A stretch of 60,905 nt of DNA, counting the filler. It is 6 parts of 6 records of this genome, joined end to end, with 100 filler letters (N's around TTAATTAATTAA, not from the genome) between each part and the next. Parts side by side here need not be neighbours in the genome. Positions count along the whole stretch, not along the records: positions 42,756 to 51,810 come from SRR31156797_17950; positions 51,911 to 60,905 come from SRR31156797_17956; 4 more parts are not named here. The stretch is one strand, 5' to 3'. Positions 43,529 through 53,176 of this stretch are shown one piece after another. The notes under the pieces were generated by a model. That model was given only the letters and a program-made list of their open reading frames with translations, was not told where the DNA came from and did not search any database. The position numbers and the translations under genes are program-made. Numbering within the stretch: the stretch's first letter is position 1; each line of letters opens with the position of its first letter.

Positions 43529-44578
43529 CTATTCATTCAAAACAGGAGTTTCAGTGATACCAATCTCCACATTAAATTCCCGCTTCTCTAGTGGTTTAAG
43601 ATAAATTAATTCTTCCTCTTTCACATGTTTTCTCCCTTCAGCATAATTAGTAGCTGGAGAAAATCCTACTACATACTCCCTGCTTCTCATCATTTTCCAC
43701 TGCAGAAAAAAAGGTAATTCATTAACATCATACTTAACATATATGCCCAGACCTTTCTCTCCAATATCCGGATTAAAAAGACCACAATATGCTTTATTTT
43801 GATTATCAGCTTTAAACCAATGGTAAAAACATTCTTCATCAATTCCATCAATCGGCTCTACAAAATTTGCATAATCTTTTATTCCTTTCTCGGCATTTTT
43901 TGTTCGTGCTCTAGTCTTAATTATTGGAGATGATATCACTCTAGAGTTTTCATTCAAAAAAGGATAACCAAAATTAAAGTGATAGAACAACATAAAAGGT
44001 GTATCTTTGAAATCTTGATTTTCAATTGTATCTTTAATAGATATCTTGTTTCCCCCTACTTTTGTAACAATTTCTCTTTCAAAAATCAAGTCTTCAGCAT
44101 AAAACAAGCTGTGTCTGACTTTACCTTTAACTTTAATAAAATAATCATCTTCTTCCCAATATGTGCGTACACATACCTCTTCAGCTGGAGTATTCGAAAT
44201 ATCACCATGCATACCATATATACGTCCACCGACTTCACAACGACTTCCGATATTATTTAATCCACTTGTTGTAAGTACACCGCCAAAAAAATTATCAATA
44301 AATCCACTCTCAGCTTCTTTTCGGTAATATTCCGGTGAGCAAATACCAGATTTTGATATATAACCAAACGGATACTCTTTATATGAACCCCACGCAATGT
44401 CTAAAGCCCTTGAAGAGAGTACTGTAAATTTAATGTCACCTGCATTAACATCTATTGCATCAACATTTTTTGCTTTTCCAGTTAGTAATGTATATTCTTT
44501 TACTCCAGCTACTTGAGATATGTTACCTGTTTTTTTCATTAGGTCTTTTCTTGTAATTTCCTGTCCAAACAATCTCAT
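43529..44578 (-). CDS. Aldose 1-epimerase-like protein (DUF4432)
   Basis: SRALDI, FFGGVLTTSGL, MHGDISNTPA, YHFNFGYP and LQWK, with a GGGAGG RBS. Confidence 0.82.
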   Translation of the reverse strand: MRLFGQEITRKDLMKKTGNISQVAGVKEYTLLTGKAKNVDAIDVNAGDIKFTVLSSRALDIAWGSYKEYPFGYISKSGICSPEYYRKEAESGFIDNFFGGVLTTSGLNNIGSRCEVGGRIYGMHGDISNTPAEEVCVRTYWEEDDYFIKVKGKVRHSLFYAEDLIFEREIVTKVGGNKISIKDTIENQDFKDTPFMLFYHFNFGYPFLNENSRVISSPIIKTRARTKNAEKGIKDYANFVEPIDGIDEECFYHWFKADNQNKAYCGLFNPDIGEKGLGIYVKYDVNELPFFLQWKMMRSREYVVGFSPATNYAEGRKHVKEEELIYLKPLEKREFNVEIGITETPVLNE

Positions 44579-44727
44579 TATAACTGTCCTCCCACTACAC
44601 ACGATACTTAATTACATAGATTAACTAAATCCAAAAACCTTTAATAAGTATCCTGCTATCCCCTTTTGTGTTTCTTTCCATCCATATTTATCTTTTAAAT
44701 AAATCATAAAGCAAACTTTATGATTTT

Positions 44728-45708
44728 CTATTTACTGTTGAATGTATGCTTAATGTCCTTACATATTTGATCCAATGCTTCATAAGCTTCATCATATATA
44801 GCCTGAATAAAACCGTGCGGCATACCTTTATAAACAAAACATTCTACATCAACGCCGGATTCTTTGAGAAGCTGAGCATAAACCAATGCCCCGTCAACTA
44901 AAATGTCACATTCTCCAGAAATAAATAAAGCCGGAGGTAATCCCTTTAAATCCTTGCATAATACAGGAGAAACACACGGATTTTTTAAATCCTCTTCGTT
45001 TTCTACATAAGCAAGATTAAACTCATTTGAATCTTTATTCAAACCATAACCTTGTCCATATCTCTCGTAAGAATAATACTGGTTACTATATAAATCTGTT
45101 GCTGGGTATATCAATATCTGTTTTTTTATCTTAGGACCATTATTGTCTCTGTTATAAATGCATAACCCTGCTGTAATATTTCCACCAGCACTATCTCCAC
45201 CAATAACAATTTCCCCAGGAATTCCATTTACCTTATCTGCATTTTGAGAAACCCATTCAAGAACAGCTGCACACTCTTTTATTTGATAAGGAAATTTATA
45301 TTCAGGTGCAAGATGATAATCTACAGATATAACAATACATTCTGAATTAGCACTCAAATATCGGCAATCATGATCATGGGTATTCAAATCACAAAAGACC
45401 CATGCCCCACCATGAATATAAATAATAATCGGAAATGGACCATCCCCAGTAGGAGTATATATTCTCACCGGTGTACTATATTGACCATTTCTAATGGTTG
45501 TATTTTCAACTTTCAAATTTTCAATTGGATCATTTTTATGTAAATTATTCAAATTTATTGTTTGCTGTGATGTAATCCATTCTCTCCACTCAGAGGTTAG
45601 TCTATCTGGAAATTTCAATGGCTCATCCAAAATCTTATTATTCTTAACTTCAGGAGAAATCTCTCCATAATCAATCTCCATAAACTTCTTATACTTATAT
45701 TGATTCAT
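44728..45708 (-). CDS. Alpha/beta hydrolase, HSL-family (acetyl)esterase
   Basis: HGGAW, VDYHLAPE, GDSAGG, CDIL.D and HGF. Confidence 0.92.
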   Translation of the reverse strand: MNQYKYKKFMEIDYGEISPEVKNNKILDEPLKFPDRLTSEWREWITSQQTINLNNLHKNDPIENLKVENTTIRNGQYSTPVRIYTPTGDGPFPIIIYIHGGAWVFCDLNTHDHDCRYLSANSECIVISVDYHLAPEYKFPYQIKECAAVLEWVSQNADKVNGIPGEIVIGGDSAGGNITAGLCIYNRDNNGPKIKKQILIYPATDLYSNQYYSYERYGQGYGLNKDSNEFNLAYVENEEDLKNPCVSPVLCKDLKGLPPALFISGECDILVDGALVYAQLLKESGVDVECFVYKGMPHGFIQAIYDEAYEALDQICKDIKHTFNSK

Positions 45709-45737
45709 CTTTAAATGCTCCTTTTTACTAATGGGGT

Positions 45738-47246
45738 TTATGCCAAATACTCACCTATTCTGTCACTCACAATCGAATATCCAAGTTCCTTTTCATTTAG
45801 CCCATCTATCTCCCCGACAATTTTATTCTCTCTAAACACGAGAATTCTTCTTGAAAGTGTTATTAGTTCCGGCATATCAGAAGAAATCACAATAACCGAT
45901 TTTCCTTCCTCTTTTGCAAGATTCCATATTAGTTCATGAATATATTCTTTTGCCCCGACATCTACACCAATTGTCGGCTCATCAATAATCAATATATCAC
46001 AATCTGCAACTAGCCACTTTCCTATACTTACTTTTTGCTGGTTACCCCCAGACAAATTCTCTACTTTTTGATTCTGTCCAATTGTCTTTATCTCCATTTT
46101 ATTTATCATTTGACTAGTATTTTCTCTTTCCTTTTTTAAAGAAATTAATTTTGTAATCTTATTTCGAATATCTTTCCAAACTGTAATATTTATGTTTGTT
46201 TTTAAAGTATCACTGATTATTAGTCCTTCTTCTCTTCTGTTTTCTGAAACATACCCCATTTTATATTTTTCTAGACTATCTGACATACTCTTGATAACAG
46301 CTTTTTTGTTATTTACAAAAACTTCACCAGAGTGCATATTATCTTCACCAATAATAATCTTTGCTATTTCAGTTCGTCCTGAACCAACAAGTCCATAAAA
46401 TCCGAGTATTTCACCTTTATTTAACTTAAATGATATGTTATTGAAACGTCCATTTTGGCAAATATTTTTTGCCTCTAAAACAGTGTCCTCTTTATTTGGT
46501 TCAAGCAAACCTAAGAATTTATCTTCTGTTTCCCTTCCAATCATCATCTTAACAATTTCTTGTTTTGTGATTTCTGCACAATTCTTTGTACCGATATACT
46601 TACCATCTCTTAACACACTTAACTTATCACAAATTCCCAACACTTCTTCAAGTTTATGCGAAACAAAAATAATTGTTTTACCTTGTTTTTTTAACTCTTT
46701 TAATAAATTAAATAAAATTCCAACCTCGTGATTTGTTAAAGATGCTGTTGGCTCATCAAACAAGAATATATTTGCATCAGAAGCAAGTGCTTTAGTAATC
46801 TGTACTAACTGTTTTTCAGCAGAACTTAATTCTGCTACTTTCGTTTGCGGAGAAATATTTAGTTTAACCATGTCAAGATATTTCTTTGCGCTAATGTTTA
46901 ACGATTTCCAGTTAATTAATCCATTTTTGATAAACGGCTTCATTTTATCTAGCATAATGTTTTCAGCTGCGCTATACTGTGGAATTACCATTATCTCTTG
47001 ATTTACAATGGTTATCCTTTTCTTAATAGCGTCATTATAATCTGAAAGCACAGTTTCCTTACTGTCAATATATAATGAACCTTTTTCAGGTCTATAGATT
47101 CCAGAAATGATTTTTATTAGTGTGCTTTTTCCAGCACCATTTTCGCCAATTAGTGCATGAATTTCCCCGCTATTAAATTTTAGAGAAACATCATCCAATG
47201 CTTTTACCCCTGGAAAAACCTTGGTAATATTTTTTATTTCAAGCAT
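45738..47246 (-). CDS. Sugar ABC transporter ATP-binding protein (RbsA/MglA type)
   Basis: GENGAGKST, DEPTASL, LSGGNQQKV and DEPTIGVDVGAK. Confidence 0.95.
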   Translation of the reverse strand: MLEIKNITKVFPGVKALDDVSLKFNSGEIHALIGENGAGKSTLIKIISGIYRPEKGSLYIDSKETVLSDYNDAIKKRITIVNQEIMVIPQYSAAENIMLDKMKPFIKNGLINWKSLNISAKKYLDMVKLNISPQTKVAELSSAEKQLVQITKALASDANIFLFDEPTASLTNHEVGILFNLLKELKKQGKTIIFVSHKLEEVLGICDKLSVLRDGKYIGTKNCAEITKQEIVKMMIGRETEDKFLGLLEPNKEDTVLEAKNICQNGRFNNISFKLNKGEILGFYGLVGSGRTEIAKIIIGEDNMHSGEVFVNNKKAVIKSMSDSLEKYKMGYVSENRREEGLIISDTLKTNINITVWKDIRNKITKLISLKKERENTSQMINKMEIKTIGQNQKVENLSGGNQQKVSIGKWLVADCDILIIDEPTIGVDVGAKEYIHELIWNLAKEEGKSVIVISSDMPELITLSRRILVFRENKIVGEIDGLNEKELGYSIVSDRIGEYLA

Positions 47247-47266
47247 AATACCCTCCTTAATATTTT

Positions 47267-47300
47267 GCTGGGCATAAATGTTTATCCACTTATGCCCGGC
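47267..47300 (-). other. Stem-loop downstream of the binding-protein gene (mRNA stabiliser or partial terminator)
   Basis: GCCGGGCATAA...TTATGCCCAGC on the minus strand. Confidence 0.55.
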
Positions 47301-47317
47301 TTAATATTTTTCAATTC

Positions 47318-48427
47318 CTAGTTAATCTTTTCTAAATAATCAGTCTCAATTTTGCTAACTATTTCTTGTGTAACAGCCTCAATATCTTCTGAATAAGAAT
47401 CGATGTTTTCTTTTGTTAACATAACAGCACCAGTGTTTACAATATAAACGTCTTCTTTTGGTTGCCATCCTTCTGCCATATATTTACTTAATAACATAGA
47501 AATATAACCAATTCCAAATGGATTTTGTACTCTTGTAGCGTCAATGTCACCATTTTCAATTGCTTGTAATACAACCGGATCTTCATCTACAACAACAGTC
47601 CAAATCTTTTTATCATTATTCTGATAATACTCATTCATTATCTGAGCTAATGCAACTGAACCAGTAGCACCAGTACAAATAATACCATCTATATTGCTAA
47701 TATTTGCCGACATACCATCTTGGATTTTTATTAATGCTTCTTCGTTTGTTGACATATCTGCGATTTCTTGAACAATTTGAACATCAGGATATTGGGCAAC
47801 AACATCTTCAATTGCCTGTTTTCTGATAACAGTATTTGGGTCTGTCAATGATTCTAGTACATTTAGAATGCTTCCTTCTTCACCCATTAATTCAATAAGC
47901 TTTTCTGTTGCCATTGATTCTGCAGAATAAATATCTGTTGCAACAAGAAAAGATCCAGATGTAGGAGTTGTGCATGGAGCACCAAAAGTTATTGCTGTAC
48001 CGCCTTTAGCCACTATTTCCTCATAAATACTATTTACACCAGTTGCATCGCAAGGATAAGCAGCAAAATTTCTAAATCCCTGTGCTAACAACGCTTCCAT
48101 TTTCTCAGTTTGTTCAGTAATAGAAATACCCGAGCCAATTACTTTTTCCACTTCGATACCATAATCTTCTTCGAATGCTTCTACACCTTCTTTTACTGCT
48201 TCACCAAAAGAATGTGGCAACGGAAAATACCATACTAATTTCCCTTCTGCACTCATCTCTGTAGATTCATCTGCTTCTTGTTGCTCGGCAGATTCATCAG
48301 TTGCTTCTACTGTTTGATTTTCAGAAACCTCAGCGTTTGAATCTACTTTGTCGCATCCTACCATTGCACCAATAACCATCACCATTATCATTAAAAGTGA
48401 CATAATTGACATTGACTTTTTTCTCAT
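47318..48427 (-). CDS. Sugar ABC transporter substrate-binding lipoprotein
   Basis: Lipobox MVG-C, an acidic linker and a type I periplasmic binding fold (VATD...VQNPFGIGY). Confidence 0.88.
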   Translation of the reverse strand: MRKKSMSIMSLLMIMVMVIGAMVGCDKVDSNAEVSENQTVEATDESAEQQEADESTEMSAEGKLVWYFPLPHSFGEAVKEGVEAFEEDYGIEVEKVIGSGISITEQTEKMEALLAQGFRNFAAYPCDATGVNSIYEEIVAKGGTAITFGAPCTTPTSGSFLVATDIYSAESMATEKLIELMGEEGSILNVLESLTDPNTVIRKQAIEDVVAQYPDVQIVQEIADMSTNEEALIKIQDGMSANISNIDGIICTGATGSVALAQIMNEYYQNNDKKIWTVVVDEDPVVLQAIENGDIDATRVQNPFGIGYISMLLSKYMAEGWQPKEDVYIVNTGAVMLTKENIDSYSEDIEAVTQEIVSKIETDYLEKIN

Positions 48428-48461
48428 AATATCCTCCTACATTTTTCTTGACCTTTTATGG

Positions 48462-49463
48462 TCAAATTTTAATTTTTTTTGTTAAATATCTTGATCTGAC
48501 ACTTTCTATAGCAACAGATAACAAAATAAGTAATCCTAAGAAAGTTTGTTCAAGATAAACATTAACGTTCAACATTACAAGCCCATTCTTAATAAATGCC
48601 AGCATAAAACCACTGCATAAAATTCCTACTGCCGAGAAAACTCCACCTGATAAAGCTGTTCCGCCAATTACCGCAACGGCAAATGATATAAGCATCCAAT
48701 CATCTCCCATAGATGGAGGAGCCGATCCCATTCTTGAAATCCACAAAACACCTGCTAGTGCTGCAAAAAAACCTGACAAAGTGTTTCCTAATATAATAAT
48801 TCTTTTCGTTTTTATTCCTGATAATTGCGCTGCCTGTATATTGCCCCCCGTAGCGAGCAATCTCCTCCCAATCAGAGTAAATTTAAACATGACTCCAATA
48901 ATAATAAGGGTTAATATAACTAACCAAAAAAGTAATGGTATCCCCAGAAAACTTCCTCTTCCTATTAATGTATAGGACGATGGAATGTCTGTATAAGGGT
49001 AACCCTTAGAAATAACATTAACAAGTCCTGCATATACAAACGCAGTAGCTAAGGTAACAACAAAAGGGTTAATATTAAGTTTAGTAATTATCAAACCATT
49101 AAATGTGCCAGCAAGAATACCAACCAATATAGCAATAAGCGTAGCAGTAATAGCTGGTAAATGAAGCACATCCATACAGTACCCAGCTGCCACTACAGAT
49201 AATCCACCAATAGCTCCCAAAGAAAGATTCATCCCTCCTGTTATAAGAACCATGGCTTGTCCAAGTGCTATAAAAATGTACAATGAGGCATTTCTTGAAA
49301 CATTAAATATGTTATCTTCGGTTAAAAAATTATCAGTAAATATGGAAAAAACAAGTAACAATGCTATAACTGCAATAATAGCACTACTGTCACTCCTCCC
49401 AACCATCTTGCTCCAAACGCTTTGTCTTTGACCAGTATTATTCTTATGAAATTTCATCTCCAT
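48462..49463 (-). CDS. Sugar ABC transporter permease (RbsC type)
   Basis: GGMNLSLG, PFVVTL, GGN.QAA.LSGI and AVAVIGGTALSGG. Confidence 0.93.
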   Translation of the reverse strand: MEMKFHKNNTGQRQSVWSKMVGRSDSSAIIAVIALLLVFSIFTDNFLTEDNIFNVSRNASLYIFIALGQAMVLITGGMNLSLGAIGGLSVVAAGYCMDVLHLPAITATLIAILVGILAGTFNGLIITKLNINPFVVTLATAFVYAGLVNVISKGYPYTDIPSSYTLIGRGSFLGIPLLFWLVILTLIIIGVMFKFTLIGRRLLATGGNIQAAQLSGIKTKRIIILGNTLSGFFAALAGVLWISRMGSAPPSMGDDWMLISFAVAVIGGTALSGGVFSAVGILCSGFMLAFIKNGLVMLNVNVYLEQTFLGLLILLSVAIESVRSRYLTKKIKI

Positions 49464-49536
49464 CCTCCTAAATGTAAATTATGCAATACATGTTATTAAT
49501 TTGTTCATCTGCTACAAGAGTCGACACTATTGTATT

Positions 49537-49583
49537 TAATCGATTGCGTAATCGATTATATCATTGAAAGTTTTCCTTGTCCA
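49537..49583 (-). promoter_or_regulatory. ABC-operon promoter overlapped by a LacI-type operator
   Basis: Minus strand TGGACA-N17-TATAAT with TGn extension (49583 to 49555). Near-perfect palindrome TAATCGATTGCGTAATCGATTA at 49537-49558. Confidence 0.8.
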
Positions 49584-49723
49584 GAGTTTTTTATATTATT
49601 AACTAATTTTATTTAAAATTAGCTCTTTTCGCATAATAAACAACCCTTTTCAATAATAATTGTGCAATATACACATTTATATTACTTGTTTTTCATCTTG
49701 ATTTTAATTATTTTTATTTTCAA

Positions 49724-49783
49724 TTGACATAAGGATTATATAGTATTATATTGATGATAATGATTAAACGATTACGTAATCGT
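49724..49783 (+). promoter_or_regulatory. lacI-family gene promoter with downstream operator
   Basis: TTGACA-N17-TATATT (49724-49752). Perfect palindrome ACGATTACGTAATCGT at 49768-49783. Confidence 0.75.
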
Positions 49784-50053
49784 ATTAAGAAAATGATTTA
49801 ATATGAGATTAAAAATTAATATTATAAGCCCCCATGCAATCTCTTATAAATTTAAATCCAATGGTAATGCAATGTTAAAAACTACAACACTTGCAATATT
49901 ATGACTAAATATATTTTGATTGACCGTATAAAAAATGTTATGATTATTATAAGTTAAAAACATTACTTGTTTTTAAGCAGTATTTTATAAATTTTGAGTA
50001 ATCACCTGAATGAATAGTAACTTTTGGTGAAATAAAGATATAAGGCAGACATT

Positions 50054-51052
50054 ATGGCAATAACATTAAAAGAAATAGCAAAACTTGCTGGTGTTTCTAC
50101 AGCTACAGTATCTCATGTAATTAACGAAACCAGATTTGTTTCCGAAGAAACAAGAAAGAAAGTTCTTACAGTGATTGATGATGTGGGTTATAGAACCAAT
50201 TTTATTGCCCGTAGCCTAAGAAGCAAAAAATCATATACAATAGGTTTAATTGTTCCTGATATTTCAAACTCTTTTTTCGCTGCAATTACAGAAAATATTG
50301 CCAGATATCTAAAACGGCAAGGATATCGCCTCATTCTAGCAAATTCTGATGAAAACAAAGAATATGAAAAGGAAGAAATTAATGTTTTCAGCAGTCAAAT
50401 AATTGATGGATTGGTTATTGCTCCCGTAGCAGATGATCATTCTTTTATGCACGATCTTATTGAAGAAGATTATCCAATAGTATTTATTGATAGAAAACCT
50501 ACAGGATTTAGTAGAGATTGTGTTTTGGCAGATAATTTTACTGGTTCTTATGAAGCAACTTCAGCTTTTATAGAACAAGGACACAAAAAAATAGGAATAA
50601 TTACGGGATTATTAGGTCTTACAACAACAGAAGAACGACTAGCAGGGTATAAAGAAGCTTTACGAAAACACGATATTCCTATTGAAGAAAATTTAATTAA
50701 GTATGGCAATTCAAAACATACGAGTGGATATACTTCTACTCATGAATTATTAAAAAATACAAATATTACCGCTCTTTATGTCGGAAACAATTCCATGACA
50801 ATAGGAGCAGTTAATTGTTTGATTGATAATAAACGGAAAATACCTGACGATATTTCAGTAATAGGATTTGATGATTATGAATGGGCAAAAATCACAAATC
50901 CTCCTTTAACTGTAGTTAAACAACCTATATATGAAATGAGTATAAAAGCAGTAGAATTATTACTAAAAAGAATCAATGAAGGAGGAACTGATTTCAGCGA
51001 CTACAGATTACCTACAGAAATTATATATAGAGACTCATTCCCCTCCTCTTAA
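50054..51052 (+). CDS. LacI family transcriptional regulator
   Basis: TLKEIAKLAGVSTATVSHVIN HTH, ARSL hinge, IPDDISVIGFDD and PPLTVVKQP. Confidence 0.96.
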   Translation: MAITLKEIAKLAGVSTATVSHVINETRFVSEETRKKVLTVIDDVGYRTNFIARSLRSKKSYTIGLIVPDISNSFFAAITENIARYLKRQGYRLILANSDENKEYEKEEINVFSSQIIDGLVIAPVADDHSFMHDLIEEDYPIVFIDRKPTGFSRDCVLADNFTGSYEATSAFIEQGHKKIGIITGLLGLTTTEERLAGYKEALRKHDIPIEENLIKYGNSKHTSGYTSTHELLKNTNITALYVGNNSMTIGAVNCLIDNKRKIPDDISVIGFDDYEWAKITNPPLTVVKQPIYEMSIKAVELLLKRINEGGTDFSDYRLPTEIIYRDSFPSS

Positions 51053-51131
51053 AATTAGTTGAGATAAAATTCGCTTTCATTTGATATACGCTAATATTTT
51101 GGGTTCTGGAAGGGATTTCGGCTCTACACTC

Positions 51132-51159
51132 AGAAAGTGGCTTAAGCAGCCACTTTTTT
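51132..51159 (+). terminator. Rho-independent terminator
   Basis: AAAGTGGCT-TAAGC-AGCCACTTT followed by a T-run. Confidence 0.7.
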
Positions 51160-51235
51160 GCATGTTTTCAGATGTATCAAATTCGCAAGATTATCATGCT
51201 TTACATGTCAATTGTAGTTTTGATATAATTGTCAG

Positions 51236-51810
51236 ATGAATTCAAGAGATAACTACTTTATAAAGCTAATAAAATATATAAAAAACGTCTACCATATCGA
51301 TAAAGAAATAATACAAATTACAGACAAAAGAAAGAATCCCACTTATAAAACTTCACAGATTATATCACTGGTTTTGACCGGTTTCCTATTAAGAACACAA
51401 AGCTTCAATCAATTAAATAATATTATCAAGACTAACGATTTTGATTATGTTTATTCAAGTGAAAAAGGAATTCCCAAAATAGATGCTATAAGGAATTCAC
51501 TACAGTCAGTAAGCCTAAATGCTTTGCAACAGGTCATTGAAAAGACAGTAAACAGAGCAGTAAGAATCAACGTTTTAGATAAAGGCACTATTGATTATTC
51601 TATTGTAGCTGCTATCGATGGAACAAACATGTTTAATAATAAAAGCCCACATTGTGATGATTGTATATTGAAAAGAAACAAAGGCAAGATATATTATTCA
51701 CATAGTAGTGTAGTTATGTCATTGATAGGCGATGGACCAAACCTAGTATTAGATTTTGAAATGAACAAACATAAAAACACACCAAATGATACTGGAGAGG
51801 GAGAACTGGC
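51236..51810 (+). mobile_element. DDE transposase (IS4-like/ISNCY-type), N-terminal part
   Basis: DKR...Y, IP.ID.IR, first catalytic VAAIDGT, HCDDC, YYSH and GEGEL. Truncated at the contig end. Confidence 0.78.
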
Positions 51811-51910
51811 NNNNNNNNNNNNNNNNNNNNNNNNNNNNNNNNNNNNNNNNNNNNTTAATTAATTAANNNNNNNNNNNNNNNNNNNNNNNNNNNNNNNNNN
51901 NNNNNNNNNN
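51811..51910. other. Artificial contig linker 5
   Basis: 44 N + TTAATTAATTAA + 44 N. Confidence 0.99.
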
Positions 51911-52069
51911 TCCAACATTGGAGAGTCATAAGTTTGTTACTCCTACAACAAATTTACCATTAGTGAATTAATTCTGGAGTTAAGATACATTTCATAAAAC
52001 TAACCGAATACCGGGAATTGCATTAAGAATTGCTCGAGGTGTAATTCCCAAAATCTAAAAAATACTATT

Positions 52070-53110
52070 ATGAAAAAATTATATGCTTTACTTTTTGCAG
52101 TTGCTTTTTGTCTTCCTGCATTAGTTAGTGCACAAGGATGTGATGAGCCTTCGGGTGAGGGAGTTAACGTTTTTGGTTTTATTCAACCTAAATATGAGTT
52201 CAACGAAGTTGCTGGCGATGACAATACCAGTACTTTCGATTTTAACAGAGCTAGAATTGGTGTAATGGGGAAGATTCCTTATGATATCAGTTACTATGTG
52301 GTATTAGAAGCAAGTCCTGACAATACAAGACATGATGGTGATGCCTATTTACTGGATGCATTTGTAACCTATTCTCGCTACGATTTTGCAAAAATTTCAA
52401 TGGGTTCTTTCAAATCACCAATCTCTTTGGAATTGAATACTCCTTGTCACAAATTACATACAATTAACCGTTCAAAAGTTGTAAACCAGTTGGCATCTCC
52501 AGATAGAGATCGTGGTTTTATGGTTTTAGGTGGTTCGGATACTACTTTATTACAATACAGTTTTGCTGTTACTAATGGAACAGGTCTATTTGATAAAGAT
52601 GACAATAAGAAGAAGGATTACGCAGCTCGCATTGTATTGAATCCACATAAGAATGTAAAAATTGGTGCTAGTTACAAGTATGGAGAGTCAGCTTCAGCTA
52701 CAGAAGGTATGCCAGATGATGAAAGAACACGTTGGGGTGCTGACGTTCAGTACAAAAAAGGAGCTTTCATGTTACAAGGAGAATATCTTTATGGTGAAGA
52801 TGTTGGTACTTATACAACCGGTGGTGGTTGTGGTGAAGAACTTGCAACTCATGAAGGTAGTGTGAAACGTGACGGTGGTTTCTTAATGGCAATGTATAAG
52901 TTTAATAACAACCTTCAACCTGTATTAAAATGCGAGTTTTTCGATTCAGATAAGGATATGGGTAACAATACAGAATTCTGTACTACTTATGGTTTGAATT
53001 ATTTCTTAAACGATTGGACAAAAATTCAAGCGAATTACGTTTACCGTGCTGAAAGAGATAATGAAGTTAACAATGATATTTTCATGTTGCAGGTAACTGT
53101 TAAGTTTTAA
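52070..53110 (+). CDS. Outer-membrane porin, OprO/OprP (anion-selective) family-like, Cys-rich
   Basis: Signal peptide, F.FNRARIG, LLDAFV.Y, GSFK.PISLE, RDRG, alternating beta-strands and terminal Phe. Confidence 0.85.
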   Translation: MKKLYALLFAVAFCLPALVSAQGCDEPSGEGVNVFGFIQPKYEFNEVAGDDNTSTFDFNRARIGVMGKIPYDISYYVVLEASPDNTRHDGDAYLLDAFVTYSRYDFAKISMGSFKSPISLELNTPCHKLHTINRSKVVNQLASPDRDRGFMVLGGSDTTLLQYSFAVTNGTGLFDKDDNKKKDYAARIVLNPHKNVKIGASYKYGESASATEGMPDDERTRWGADVQYKKGAFMLQGEYLYGEDVGTYTTGGGCGEELATHEGSVKRDGGFLMAMYKFNNNLQPVLKCEFFDSDKDMGNNTEFCTTYGLNYFLNDWTKIQANYVYRAERDNEVNNDIFMLQVTVKF

Positions 53111-53120
53111 CAATTAATTA

Positions 53121-53146
53121 AAGGAAGTCGGAATGGCTTCCTTTTT
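53121..53146 (+). terminator. Terminator-like hairpin between porin and rhodanese genes
   Basis: AAGGAAGTC...GGCTTCCTT followed by a T-run. Confidence 0.55.
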
Positions 53147-53176
53147 CTACTGTTTACTATTTAAAAATATACAATT

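Noticed and set aside
51911-51970. Possible 3' end of an upstream gene (PTLESHKFVTPTTNLPLVN*) before the porin
   Set aside because: Too short to assign. It only suggests the operon may extend beyond the contig.
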